Shown: piece by piece, positions 52,701 to 64,000 of the stretch
Layout: the number at the start of each line of letters is the position of its first letter
Position numbering within the stretch: position 1 is the first letter of the stretch
Source of the DNA: Ophelia neglecta
Taxonomy: Eukaryota
Length of the DNA: 64,000 nt
Direction: 5' to 3'
Assembly (NCBI GenBank): GCA_965285935.1
Contig: OZ260663.1
Coordinates: 50,840,001-50,904,000 of the forward strand
Position numbers and translations under genes: made by a program
The notes under the pieces: model-generated
What the model was told of the DNA's origin: nothing
Databases searched by the model: none
What the model saw: only the letters and a program-made list of their open reading frames with translations

Positions 52701-54514
52701 GCGATTGGCGTTGATGAAGGTTTGGAAAAGACGGAGTGGCTGTTTTCTGCAGGTTACATGGTAGACTGGGTGATTTTAAACACTGGAACAACGATCAAAA
52801 TCAAGCCAGCTAAGGACACAGAAGAAGGCGAGTCTTTTAAACATACAATAGAAATAAAACCGATTTGCACAATAGCACCCTATAGAATTATAATTGTTTT
52901 ATGTCGAACAAAAAGTTCCGAAATCTAGAGCAAAAAACAACCTTTGGGTTACAATTTTGTTACTTCTGTTTGCGCAGATTTGTTGTCAAACACTTTAAAA
53001 GGGGGACCACTGGGTGAATCTTCATTTAAGCTGGACCACATTCATTTTCACTGGGGTTCGACAGACGAGAAGGGCTCGGAGCACACCGTCAGTGGACGCC
53101 GCTTTCCGGCTGAGGTACCTAGTTTTGGTTGAGAAATCCTGGGGCGTTTGGGGGCGTGTTTATCCACGGAAGATTTGATAAAAGTGTATTATTTTTTTGG
53201 GGAAAAAATAAATGTTCTCTAACAAACTAGCATAAGCTAAAGTTGGTCCCAGGTACCATATTCAAACGTCAGCATTAAATATCATTCATTTTAATCGTAC
53301 TGAAGCCTATCGTTTATTTTCACTGACTTAAACAGGTCCATATTGTTTACTGGAATTCTGAGGATTACCCTAGTTTTATCGAGGCATCACAAGCAGAAGA
53401 TGGATTGTGCGTTCTGGCCACATTGATCGAGGCACGTCTATGCCGTGATATGATTCTAAAAAATCATAAATTGATCTTGCGAAAGTCCATGATTGTGTTA
53501 AACTTTTCGTTACAATCAACTTAGTCCTACTTAAATCCACCCTTTGTGTATCTTGACTGCGTTTTATCTATCGGTCGAGTGTTCTCGTATACACAATAAA
53601 ACATCAACTTATGTTTTCAGGTGAACAGCGAAGACAACGTACATTTTAAGTCAGTTATCAACAGTTTATCCTGCGTAGAATACAAAGGCGAATCTCGGGA
53701 CATCTCAGCAGAGAACCTCGATTTACTCTCATTTGTTCCAAGTGCGTCTTTCAGAGCTTCGAAAAGATAACCGTACAATCTTAAAAAAAATTGTAAAAAC
53801 TGCTTGTTTTCAATATATTTAGCAAATTTATGAAAGTACTTTGCCTTATTTGGCACATTTCTGAATCTTAAAACTTATGAAGATTCTTATTTTCGTGTAA
53901 ATTAAGGATCTTTCCAAGAGTATTGGACCTACTCCGGATCTCTGACCGAGGAACGAACCTCGTCCGTCCACGTGATTTGGGTTGTGTTTAAAAATACCAT
54001 TCCACTTTCATCAAAACAGGTGATTTTTTTGTTCGAATTATTGCTTGGTAGAATTTACTTTAATAGGGCCCTATGATAAACCTAGCTGTCTACCTGTCCT
54101 TCCTATAGTCTACATATCAACATTTTCGCTGCGACATACTGGTTCCTGCGCGCCACACTGGTTCCTGTAACAATGGCAAAAAACCACTAAACGTTGCAAC
54201 TTCCGAGTACTGGCGAATCGCATATTAACGTTACAAATGTTAGATAAACCAGACACTGCTGCTCTCGATCAGAGGCTGAGTCTTCGTTATATTATACATT
54301 ATCACCAATACATCAACTAAAGCCGCCACGGGCTTCATGTAATCTACTATTTATAAACCACTGTTTTTCCTAGTTGGCGGCGCTGAGGACAATTAAGAAC
54401 CATGAGAGAAATGAAGGTCACGAAATGGCGAGCGGAAGTGACGGATGTATTGTGGATAACTTCCGCCAGCAGTCACCTACAGCCGATAGGTTGATCAGAG
54501 CTTCCTTTCTGTAG
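46765..54514 (+). CDS. Predicted ~664-aa type I membrane protein: signal peptide + TNFR cysteine-rich domains + stalk + TM + cytoplasmic alpha-carbonic anhydrase domain
   Basis: Phase-consistent exons 46765-46830, 50162-50975, 51158-51213, 51345-51482, 52323-52476, 52669-52827, 52978-53114, 53336-53431, 53621-53741, 53907-54019, 54374-54514 total 1995 nt with no internal stop. TNFR pattern CHPCPVG..C..CLPCEAGTY..CNTCSECG...PCNLTADVFC; TM VWAYVLTVLIVAIIFTLIGFLV; CA motifs [41 protein letters not shown], IRASF. Confidence 0.75.
48055..49436 (-). mobile_element. Decayed, 5'-truncated non-LTR retrotransposon (CR1/L2-like RT fragment) in the first coding intron of the TNFR-CA gene
   Basis: ORF 49125-49403 (-) reads WFQSCLSGRKQYV..GIPQGSILGPLL..FFADVTNV (RT motifs; the catalytic DD is mutated to DV). 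The frame is disrupted downstream, and a (ttgaa)n-like tail lies at ~48055-48070. Confidence 0.8.
51640..52210. repeat. ~35-bp GC-rich minisatellite, increasingly degenerate leftwards
   Basis: Unit gggctcagagcgcaccaccagggcacaatgtgtca is nearly perfect at 52074-52208, with diverged copies back to ~51640. It lies in the intron after the TM exon. Confidence 0.9.
52669..54514 (+). CDS. Alpha-carbonic anhydrase domain exons (C-terminal part of the chimeric gene)
   Basis: Six exons encoding ..[115 protein letters not shown]. Confidence 0.93.
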
Positions 54515-57500
54515 GAAATTGCAACCAACATAATTCTACGCAAAAACTCAAAGACCCCTATTCTTAAATCCGAAAACAGAATCCAAAGTTCATATTATGA
54601 TTCAGGCGGCATTAAAACACAATTTAACTGTTCGTTCAAATATAAAATTCCGAACGATACTGGTCGTTCCTTATTTTGATTTAGCATATTATATTTTTAC
54701 ATTAACGACATTAATTTTGTCAACGATTCCAGTTGCGTCTTTTTTATTATAAACTCTTAGCATTAAAAACAATACATCTATGATCTAAAATTTTGTGTTA
54801 TTGCGGCTACTTACCCCTCGCGGGTTTTTTGTTTGTTTTTACATTTACAGAACTTATTAAGTGACATAGTATAAAGGTTGTTCAAGCCTTAGTCAGGTGT
54901 TTTTATGTTAATCGTGCTAAAAATTGACCGATCTTTTCGGCAGAGGTGGGAATATATGCTTTACCGTAATTGTTACTGTAGGACTACATTACCGTGAAAA
55001 AAAGTAACCTAGCCAGTAGTGAGCTTATCTCTATTAATTATGTCGATATTATCGCATCAGGTCACCGGGATTACAGAAAATTGAAAGGTTATTAGAAAAG
55101 GGGAAGATTATCTATCATGATGATGTATCGACACGTCCTTCGGCTGTCACGAAATTTGGTCGAAGTTGTATTACATTAGACCTGTTCATTGATTAGATTA
55201 ATACGCCACTATAACTCGATAGACCATGCTTCGATGAAATCTCGTACCTGGCTACAATATAGATGATACTTGTTATCGGCTGCATGGAAAGTAAACACTG
55301 CACTTTGTTACTACTCATGGGTTTTTGACAATATACTTAGTTACGCTTTTGACATTTGATATCGCACTCTTATGATGATTAATACGTGCATATTGTAATA
55401 AATATAAGGTTATCTTTAATTTATAGTGCTTTAGTGAAACTTTGTGTATTGATTATATTTCAATGTGTTTATAATGGAAAAATTCGTATAATTTTTCTAT
55501 CAATTCATTCGTATTATTGTATATATTAGTATAGGCCTAGCCAACAAACATGGACAAGTTAGTTTCATGTGAGCTCATATTTTATTTATCCACACATGGA
55601 CTCACATCAGTTGGGGACCCCTGGGATAATTTAACTTCTAGAGAACATAGCCTATTTGAAATGTGCCGCCGCTAGGCACCACCCGAGAGTTGCGCCATAG
55701 TCGCGCGAGATTAGCGATTTCTGTGAGAAAGGAGGGGTAAGAATATCGGCTTTATACAACAACACATGTGTTATGGAAGTGTCGATAATTGCCGTTAACT
55801 GTAAATTTTAGGCCTTAAATCTGTGACTGAAGTAGCATATATGAATATGTGATCATGCCTAACTTTTTCTGTTGTGAAAGAGGTTTGTGGTGGTGACAGT
55901 CTACGAAATCTCGGCAAATCTAAGGCCCTCATCACATGTATGGAATTCAGTTTCAAGACGCAGGTGATCAACTGCCTTGAACACCTGCGCTTCTAGAGCA
56001 GTCACCTTGGCTGTTAGTTTCAAAAGTTCTGTCTTTCACAACTCTGAATTTTTATTATCCCGCTACTTCAAATATTTCCGGAAATGGTTCAATGTCCACT
56101 TCGATATATCAATATGTTTACTTGTAACACTCGTTTTCGGTCCGCTTTCCACTTTTCGCCATTTTGAATTTTAACCCTACCAGTAGTGTCAGGTGGGTAG
56201 CAACTATTTCGTGCAGTGCTGCCCCTGGTAGGTGTTCCAAAGCGCTCAGGGCAATAATAAAGTTTGCCTAGTTGGCCTGTGATTGGCCAAAACGACAAAA
56301 TACATATTTTGATTGCCTGGATTATGTGTTAATAGTAAAATGTAGACAGTATGCTTACGAATAGTAAACAATTTGTGGCTCGGGACGGTATTGCTATGGA
56401 ATTGAGATTACGAAAGAATGGCACCCACATGTGACACAAACAAGTAAAATGGCTACTTTTTCTTTACGGTTTCCATATTAAACTATTTTTATAGATCAGA
56501 TAAGTGGCAGATGATCACTTAAAGCCAAACCAGATAACACCAAGGCTCATTGTGAATAGCAAAGATAACTTGTTAACTGACATATTATTTAGTGGATGTC
56601 GTATTTTGGTAACTCCCCCTTTGTTTCCAACTGGCACCGCGTTTTGGGGGATTTTTGCATGAAATAATTAATGATTTCAAGAACAATGCTTAGTTGTGTC
56701 ACATAAAGTATCACGTACGCGATATTAAAAGATTGTTGAATTTGGCTTTGAAAATCACGTCCAGCATAAGTATGACTTTTCACTGCAGCAGGACTTGTTT
56801 TATTTATAAAGAACCTTTACATGATAAGCCTTCTTTTATTACAGATTGATGAGCTACATTCTTATTCCTGCAAAAGAGCCATCGACTCGCGGTTTATTAC
56901 AATATAAACTTTTAACTTATCTTATTATGAATAATTGAATGAGTATTTAATAGTGTCACGTACGTGATAAGAACTTGGAGGGGGGGGGGGGGGATGTGAT
57001 AAGGTCTTGTGAAACGAACGTTGATAAAATATGTAATGAAGTAATAAGACCTGGACTCGCACCGTTTTTTCATAAGATAGTTATCTTGCTGTTGAGCGGT
57101 TCATTCCGATTTCAGTGAAGCGGAGGGGAGGGGGGGGGGGGGGGGGGCTGGCTAGTCTGATCATCAGACTCTGATGCCACTTTGCCACATTCAGCTGCCT
57201 TGCAAAATAACCTCATAAGCACAAATCAGAATATGATCTCGTGGCTGGCGGCCATTACATCATCTACTAGAGACTTATAATACCTATCTGGGGTGGACAC
57301 CTTCGTACTGACCCAATGCAACGGTGTATTGCCGTTCTGTATGTGCTGCTTGAAATCGGCGGAATATGGGGATTGCTGCTCCTAGATCTGCCTGCTGGTT
57401 GACATGTAAGCACAGATATATGTGTTTTTACGAAGCTTTCTTTACCCGAAAAATAAGAAATAAATAGATATTTTACTTTCTTGGATATTTGGGCCTATTT

Positions 57501-57779
57501 TACATTCAAGTAGTTGATGACCCCCGAGATGGGGATGGACGGTGTAGGGCTTTGCTAACAATTACCAGTTCTAAGTTCCGCAGTCGGCCATAAACATCTG
57601 AAAATTGATCGCATTAATTTTCTGAGCATCATTAAGGGCATTTTGCATAAGGGTACCATGCGCTGCCAGGAGTCGGTGAAACACTGTGCTAAGCTGACCC
57701 GTATAAATACACATGCAGGCCTCTACTATAATGCTGCTTTGTATTATATATTTATATAATTGAAACAAATATGTCCTGG

Positions 57780-57917
57780 CTATATATTTGTTACAATGCG
57801 TCTTCTGCCGCAGCCAATCAAAAGTCACGCTGCGTTCAATAGTCAAGAGCTATTGAGATATGAACAACCAGAGCTCATGGCTCATTGCAGTTGATTCTGT
57901 GAAACCCTGAGGTAAGT
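57780..57917 (+). promoter_or_regulatory. Possible promoter and non-coding first exon of a downstream gene
   Basis: CCAAT box (agccaatca, ~57812) followed by a perfect donor GAG|gtaagt at 57911/57912; another strong donor AAG|gtgagt at ~63559. No coding exon recognised to the window end. Confidence 0.35.
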
Positions 57918-60900
57918 AAATTATTTTACGCTAACAAGTTATTACAGTGCATTATGTTACCGTCAATCTGATATAGTCGCGGAAAAACAGCCAAGTCTTT
58001 CAGTCACCGTTGGTAAAACCCACGTCATTTTATAGCTATAATGCAAACAGGCCGTTGGGAAATGCAAAAAAAAGCTTACCACACTTCGTTTTAGTTAGCC
58101 ACAAAGGAATATTACAACCAATGGTTAATTTACATCTAACACAATAATGCACATTTGGCGTTATTGCATCGGTCCTGTATTAAGGCATATTTACTTTTTG
58201 CTATTTTAATAGAAGGCGCACCATGTTTGATTCATGGTTAAGAAGCACTCATGCTGTATAGGAAGTTACTTTTCACCGCGATTGATAAGGTGTGGGCCAT
58301 CTGGAAAATGTTCAGGTTTCTTATAGCTAATATACATTTAACACTTTGTCAGCGTTGTTAATATAGGCGAATAACAATGACAAAGTTATAATTACATCGG
58401 CATTTCCTAACGTAAGTGTGAATTGTTTCTTATATTTTATTCGGGCTTTAACGCGTAAACATTATTTACAAGGTTACAGATACATACTACAACAATGTAT
58501 TTTCAATATTCTGTCTGTTGGATGTATGTGTTTTATCTAAAATCAAAGTCCATCTCGCATTGGAAACGAGAGGAGGTGTATATAGGCCTACACCATTAGC
58601 AAATGAGCTTTCTCTTTCTTATACAAACTGTATAGATGAGTTATTATTAAACATTGATAATTTGAAGTGCTTGGTTTTTTTTTGATCCGCGGCGTTGGGG
58701 ATACAGAAGTCAATATGGGCGGTGGCGGCGGTGGTAGTAGGGGGGGGGGGGGGTTGGGGGATAGGGGGCAATGCTGTTTTAAAGTCATAATGCAACGATT
58801 TATATTGATAATCCAACTTGATAGTGCCATTAATGCTTAACTTGAATGCTGACATATTTCTGTCACCTCGCGGTATCATAAATTATTGTATACTCGTATT
58901 AATTTGACGTCAAGGAGTGCATACAGCTAACAACAAGAAGCCCTTGCCGATAGCCTGCTGATGATAATGTACAATAGCGATAGACTCTATATATATTCTC
59001 ACTCGTGGCCCACAAAGGTTACATATGTATATCCCACTTAAAGGACAACGGTGAAAACTATCGTCGAATGAGTGATCTGACACAGGAGAATGTTGAAAAC
59101 CATTATCGCCTCCCAGAGAAGCTGAAGTATTAAAAAATATGTATTTTTATCAACTGTCTAACGTGAGTTACCTGAGCTGAGAGAATGAGCAGCTGACTTA
59201 TTATAGGGGGTGGGCATTTACTACAGGAGGTAGGGGAAGGAGGAGGAGGGGGGTGGGGGGTGGGGGTTAATCAAATGTACTAAGATAATGGCTATGGCAC
59301 TGCTGAAGTATAAATAGTAGGCCTAATGTCATTTGTCAATGCAAATTGCTTCATAAATATTTGGCAAATAAATTTCCTTAATTAATTCATACATATACAC
59401 AATATGGTAATTTTGAAGGGAAATTTAGGTTTTTTTATGAAGTCCCAAAACCCTTTGGAATGTGCTACGATTTTGTGACCCCCGGCCCTTCAAATGGGGT
59501 CAATATTGTTCACCCCCTTCCAAAAAAGGATAAACGACCCTTCCCCCTCTCATTGTATATACCAACTCCCTTAACTGTGTTCATCAGGGTATCAATCAAC
59601 ACCACACGTTGTTGATATCGCTACATATCAACCTATAATCTACGAATATATTATCTTATGAGAATGACCGCACATGCCATTGATTAATGTTTCTGTTTTA
59701 ACAGTAACAATACGCTTGGAATTATCAGCATGAAATAAGAACGTGCTAAAGCTATGGTTTCGCAAGGCGGCCACGAATTCACAAAATAATAAATGCCATA
59801 GACCGGTTGCTCATAGGCCTATACTTATAAGAAAAAGCCTGTACACTTTTACAAAACTTCCTCAAAATTTCGGTCATATACCGACAGAATTAAACATCAA
59901 ATGTGATTAATTAATAGATGAGGAGTCACTGTCGAATTTTGCACATTTGTGAGCATGATTAGCCTGCTTTCCCTTATCGTAACCATTAAACCGTCGTCAG
60001 TACTTACTACCAGGCAGTCATAATGAATACAATACAAATATACTGGCCGAAAAATAATTCTGATCATTTATTATAACTGTCAGTTGAATGGGCTTATGAA
60101 AACTACACGTTTAGACCCATAGGGGAAAGGTAGGTTAAGAGGCAACTTGTTTAAGTTAAATACAAAAACATAATTATTTTTTTCTTCCTGAAGTGCTCAT
60201 ATAGACTGTTTTACCAGCTGTGGATTTATTGCAAGTACGGAAAATGAAGTATTTACGTCCATAAAATACCGTCACGGTGACAAGGGGGAAATCTCAACCT
60301 CTAGGGTTTGCCTATATATATATATATATACATAGTATATATAGTCCAAGTGAGGACATATTTACCTTTACGTTAGCTAATTTAACTCTGTCAATGAAAT
60401 TCTTACATTAGTATTCGCTGTCTATATGGCCCAAATTACATGAGGTATATGATGGGTATAATTGCATTGAGAAAACTTAATGCATCACAAGTTCTAATCC
60501 ACAATAATAGTTTTAATGTCTTGACCGTCCTTATTCTATAATATTTTTTCTATAGGTGTCGTTAAAAAGCGTCGTGAATTATTTTCTTATTTGGCTTATC
60601 TAAGAATATTACTCAATTTATTCCAGTGAGATATTAACAAAATCACAGGGACATCATTCGTGTCAAATATACTCAGTCAAGGACATCATAACGATTTGGT
60701 AGTTCATTGACATTGTGATAATAATAGTGTTATTTGGGTGATTCTTCTTTCGGCTTATATTGGCTGCTTTAATGAAGTCATGATGATATTGATAATAGTC
60801 GCGAATGACTTGATTTTAGTTATTTTATTAACTTATGAAATCATCATGATTCTATAGTAGACAACTGACTATTATAAGGTAGTTTGTGCGATCCTAATGT

Positions 60901-63900
60901 AATGAGAGGTCAATTTAATCAAATCGGTTGTTTAAATGAAGTCACGTGATCTGGTTCCAGGCAATTTCATATCTTTAGAAATCAACATGACTTCATAGTA
61001 GGCGAATTGACTCCAATATACACTGGGTAATAATATAAATGAATTCAATACAACGACTTTAAGCCGTTTTGCTAATACGAGATATGACCACTCTGTGACC
61101 ACCTGACTGCCTTCTGAGTACCTCTCTCATTTCTTAAGTGATCAAGGTGAACAGAATTACATTCGCTTACACTCGCGTTTAACCGCGTCCATTCGCACTT
61201 TGCGTTACAGGTGATTTCCCGCTTCTACATTCAACTTGTTTCTTTCGTTAACAGATAGGCTTAAAATGTTGATTGTAAACGACCATGAACACGTTCATGT
61301 CGCTTCAAGTTGTGAATTATCAAATTTGTCAATGACCTATTTTTCTCCGTCAAATTGGATATAAAACGGCAAAAAAAAAAAAAAAAATTTATTTTTGTGG
61401 GTTTACTCCGGATTTCAGATGATTACCAGTGTTTCAGAATATATATTTTTACCCCAATTCTCCAACACTTGCTTAATTTGTGTGTGTATTTTAAGAGATT
61501 GAAAAAACTAGGTGTTTACTATCCATTTTCCCATTTAGACCAATTCGTAGGGAGTTCAATATGCCTTCAATTAATAAAAAAGTGCTCGCAACTGCACCAC
61601 AAGAGGCCCCCTTACCGGTTAAACATGTCAACTGGCTTAGGTTTAAAATAGACACTATCACATCCCACTAGCTATTCTCATCAAGTATCTTTGCATGTAA
61701 ACCATGCAACAAAGGGCGAGTGGTTGTTCGGTAAAAAACGGTTAGTATTAACGTATAGATTTTGCTGGCAGTCCGACAGATTATAAAACTCTCATCGGCT
61801 CATCTTATATACACAATTTGACAACTAGTAAAAACCCACCTACGGTCTATATCTATATATCTACACCATTTATCATAATAGTACTTATGCTTCTATTTAA
61901 ACAGTCCTTCAACTAATAATCTACCCTGTCGTAATGTTTGCGATTTCAGTTGAGTGCAATTAAAGGCAATTTGAATATATAATTTATCACTCAATACCAG
62001 GGACTATAAAAACTTCACTCACTTAATAAGTTCTAATAAATTTCCTATTCTACTTGTTTGCTAATAGACAAGGGCAAACTACCACCTTCATTAATCCTTT
62101 TTTTCAGTCGATACTTAACATAGATCAATAGCTTTAACGAGCAAGGTTAAAGAGGTTATGGAAATTGTCATTGACGATAGATATCAGCTATGTGAAAAAG
62201 CACTAAAGGACTTCCTACATGCTATCAGGTCGGAAGCGTCCCTTCAGGAGTACCGTGTTATCAATATAATGGCGTCGCTTTTCTTTGTTGGAGCAAGCAC
62301 ACGTGCTCGAGTCATATGGATGGTATAAGTTGGATTGCCCTTGCCTTTCATTCATTACACTATTTATGTGGTATACATATATAGTTCAAAAGGGGTGGGG
62401 GGGGGGGTGGTGGCTTGCATATCATTAATACGGGACAAGTACCTGCGCGAGCGACCTGCTGAAGGGGCAATGATCGTCTGCTACTCAAGGTCACTGGAGA
62501 GCTACACGCTTCAAGGTCAATTATACTACAAGGTTGAAGCTAACAGGCTATATGTACAAAGTCCCACTCTAGTTTTATCATTAGTGTAACAATTTTTTTG
62601 ATTCAACTAGCACTTGATTATAATTTAATGGTGTGGTAGATGATACGTAGTGTGGTTATTTTATTAAGTTGGTTTAATAGACTAATCTTTTAGGCTACAA
62701 AATCGGCCTTGAAATTGATATGGGCATGTAATTATTAAATTAAGAATAATCTCCTCAGAGGAAAACACCATGTTTACATGATGTGATATCTTTAGGATGG
62801 CTCGCATCGAATTCTGCTACGAATTATGAGTTTGAATTGATATACGACAGAGTATTTACATTCTTTTATAGCCAAGGAATGCCAAGTTTAATTAATATAT
62901 AACAATCAGGAAGGAAGAAGAAACCACCCTTAATAAAATACTGATAATTAATTTAAGTGGGGGCATGTACAGGAGGTTGCATATTTCCGTCAAATTTGCA
63001 AAATGTGTAAATAATAATGCTACCAAGTACTATATAATGGGAATGTTTCTGATAGGATGCTATCAAGGCCGACGTGGGAGAAATGTGAGTGATAATGACT
63101 GGTTGGGAGAGCAGGGAAGTTGGAGGTTTTGTAGGCCTGGATTGTGTCTTTTATGCAATAAGCTGCATTGCGAAAGCGCTCAGATACCGCCGCTGATAAC
63201 AGGGGCGTTAACAATGAACGCTTGGGCTTACTTGAGTGGAAAAGGCATCATATCTGTTCACATAGTATTCTATCAACAGGCATCGATAGAAAGATGATCG
63301 ACTTATCGACTTCAAAATTTACTTAACCAAATCCTCGAAGGGCCTTTCTATCTGCTTAGAAATGTACTCAACTGTAGTTCTTGTTCAAACAAATGCGTTT
63401 AACCCGGGTTCTCGATTTGCAAATATCCATACAAATAAAACAAATTATTTTATAGCAGAATGAGCTGAAATAAATATCATATGATAAATACCAACAAAAT
63501 AAAATGCGTTTACTAGTGACCATGAAATACTTTACGGCTTTACACACTTAACGTGGAAGGTGAGTTTCTGTGCTGTGCTGTGCATAGAGTTCCATGTATG
63601 ATTAATTGTAGTGTTAAGGCTAATTATACTTGGTTAAGTCATTGAAACAACCACACACGCACAGTGTGAAAAGCTTAAAGTGAATAAATAAACAGAAATA
63701 GTGACACGAGGAGTGAAGTGCGACCCTGACCTTCTTGGCTTCAGGATAGGGCGGCAGCTAGTATTTCATTTTGCATGTTGCACTATGGAGTTCTGTAAAA
63801 CCAATCCACACTTTGCTAAAACTTAAGTATCTTGTTTTTCTGAAATCGAAAAGACCTAGAGCCTTTATAAACCTACATATTACGTGGGTCTTGTTACATA

Positions 63901-64000
63901 TGAAGCATAGCTGGAAAAGATTACGCGTTATATATTCATATGTTACAACAATACATGTCTTGGATGTCGAACATAAGTTAGCAAGCAGAAATAGTAACGT

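Noticed and set aside
54600-64000. Short ORFs (60-110 aa) in the right-hand 9 kb
   Set aside because: No recognisable domains or phase-consistent exon chains; probably intergenic or the long first intron of a downstream gene.

Overview
AT-rich, intron-rich animal genomic DNA. It is probably lophotrochozoan/mollusc-like, which I infer only from the repeat families and poly-G/C tracts. Hand-splicing gives five protein-coding genes. Four form a compact housekeeping cluster: ADCK5 (-), an intronless TSG101 (+), PNKP (-) and ATP2C1/SPCA (+). The fifth is an 11-exon gene (46765..54514, +) whose exons join in frame into a ~664-aa type I membrane protein: signal peptide, TNF-receptor cysteine-rich domains, a charged Ser/Gly stalk, one TM helix, and a cytoplasmic alpha-carbonic anhydrase domain with all three zinc-binding histidines. 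This TNFR-carbonic anhydrase chimera is the most unusual feature. Also notable are a pair of duplicated, apparently mutually exclusive exons in ADCK5, two GC-AG introns in the CA part of the chimera, an exon-spanning uORF overlapping the ADCK5 start, several Tc1/mariner-type MITEs, a Helentron/HINE-like element, a decayed LINE and two minisatellites. All gene models come from splice signals, phase matching and recalled family motifs; no transcript evidence was available.
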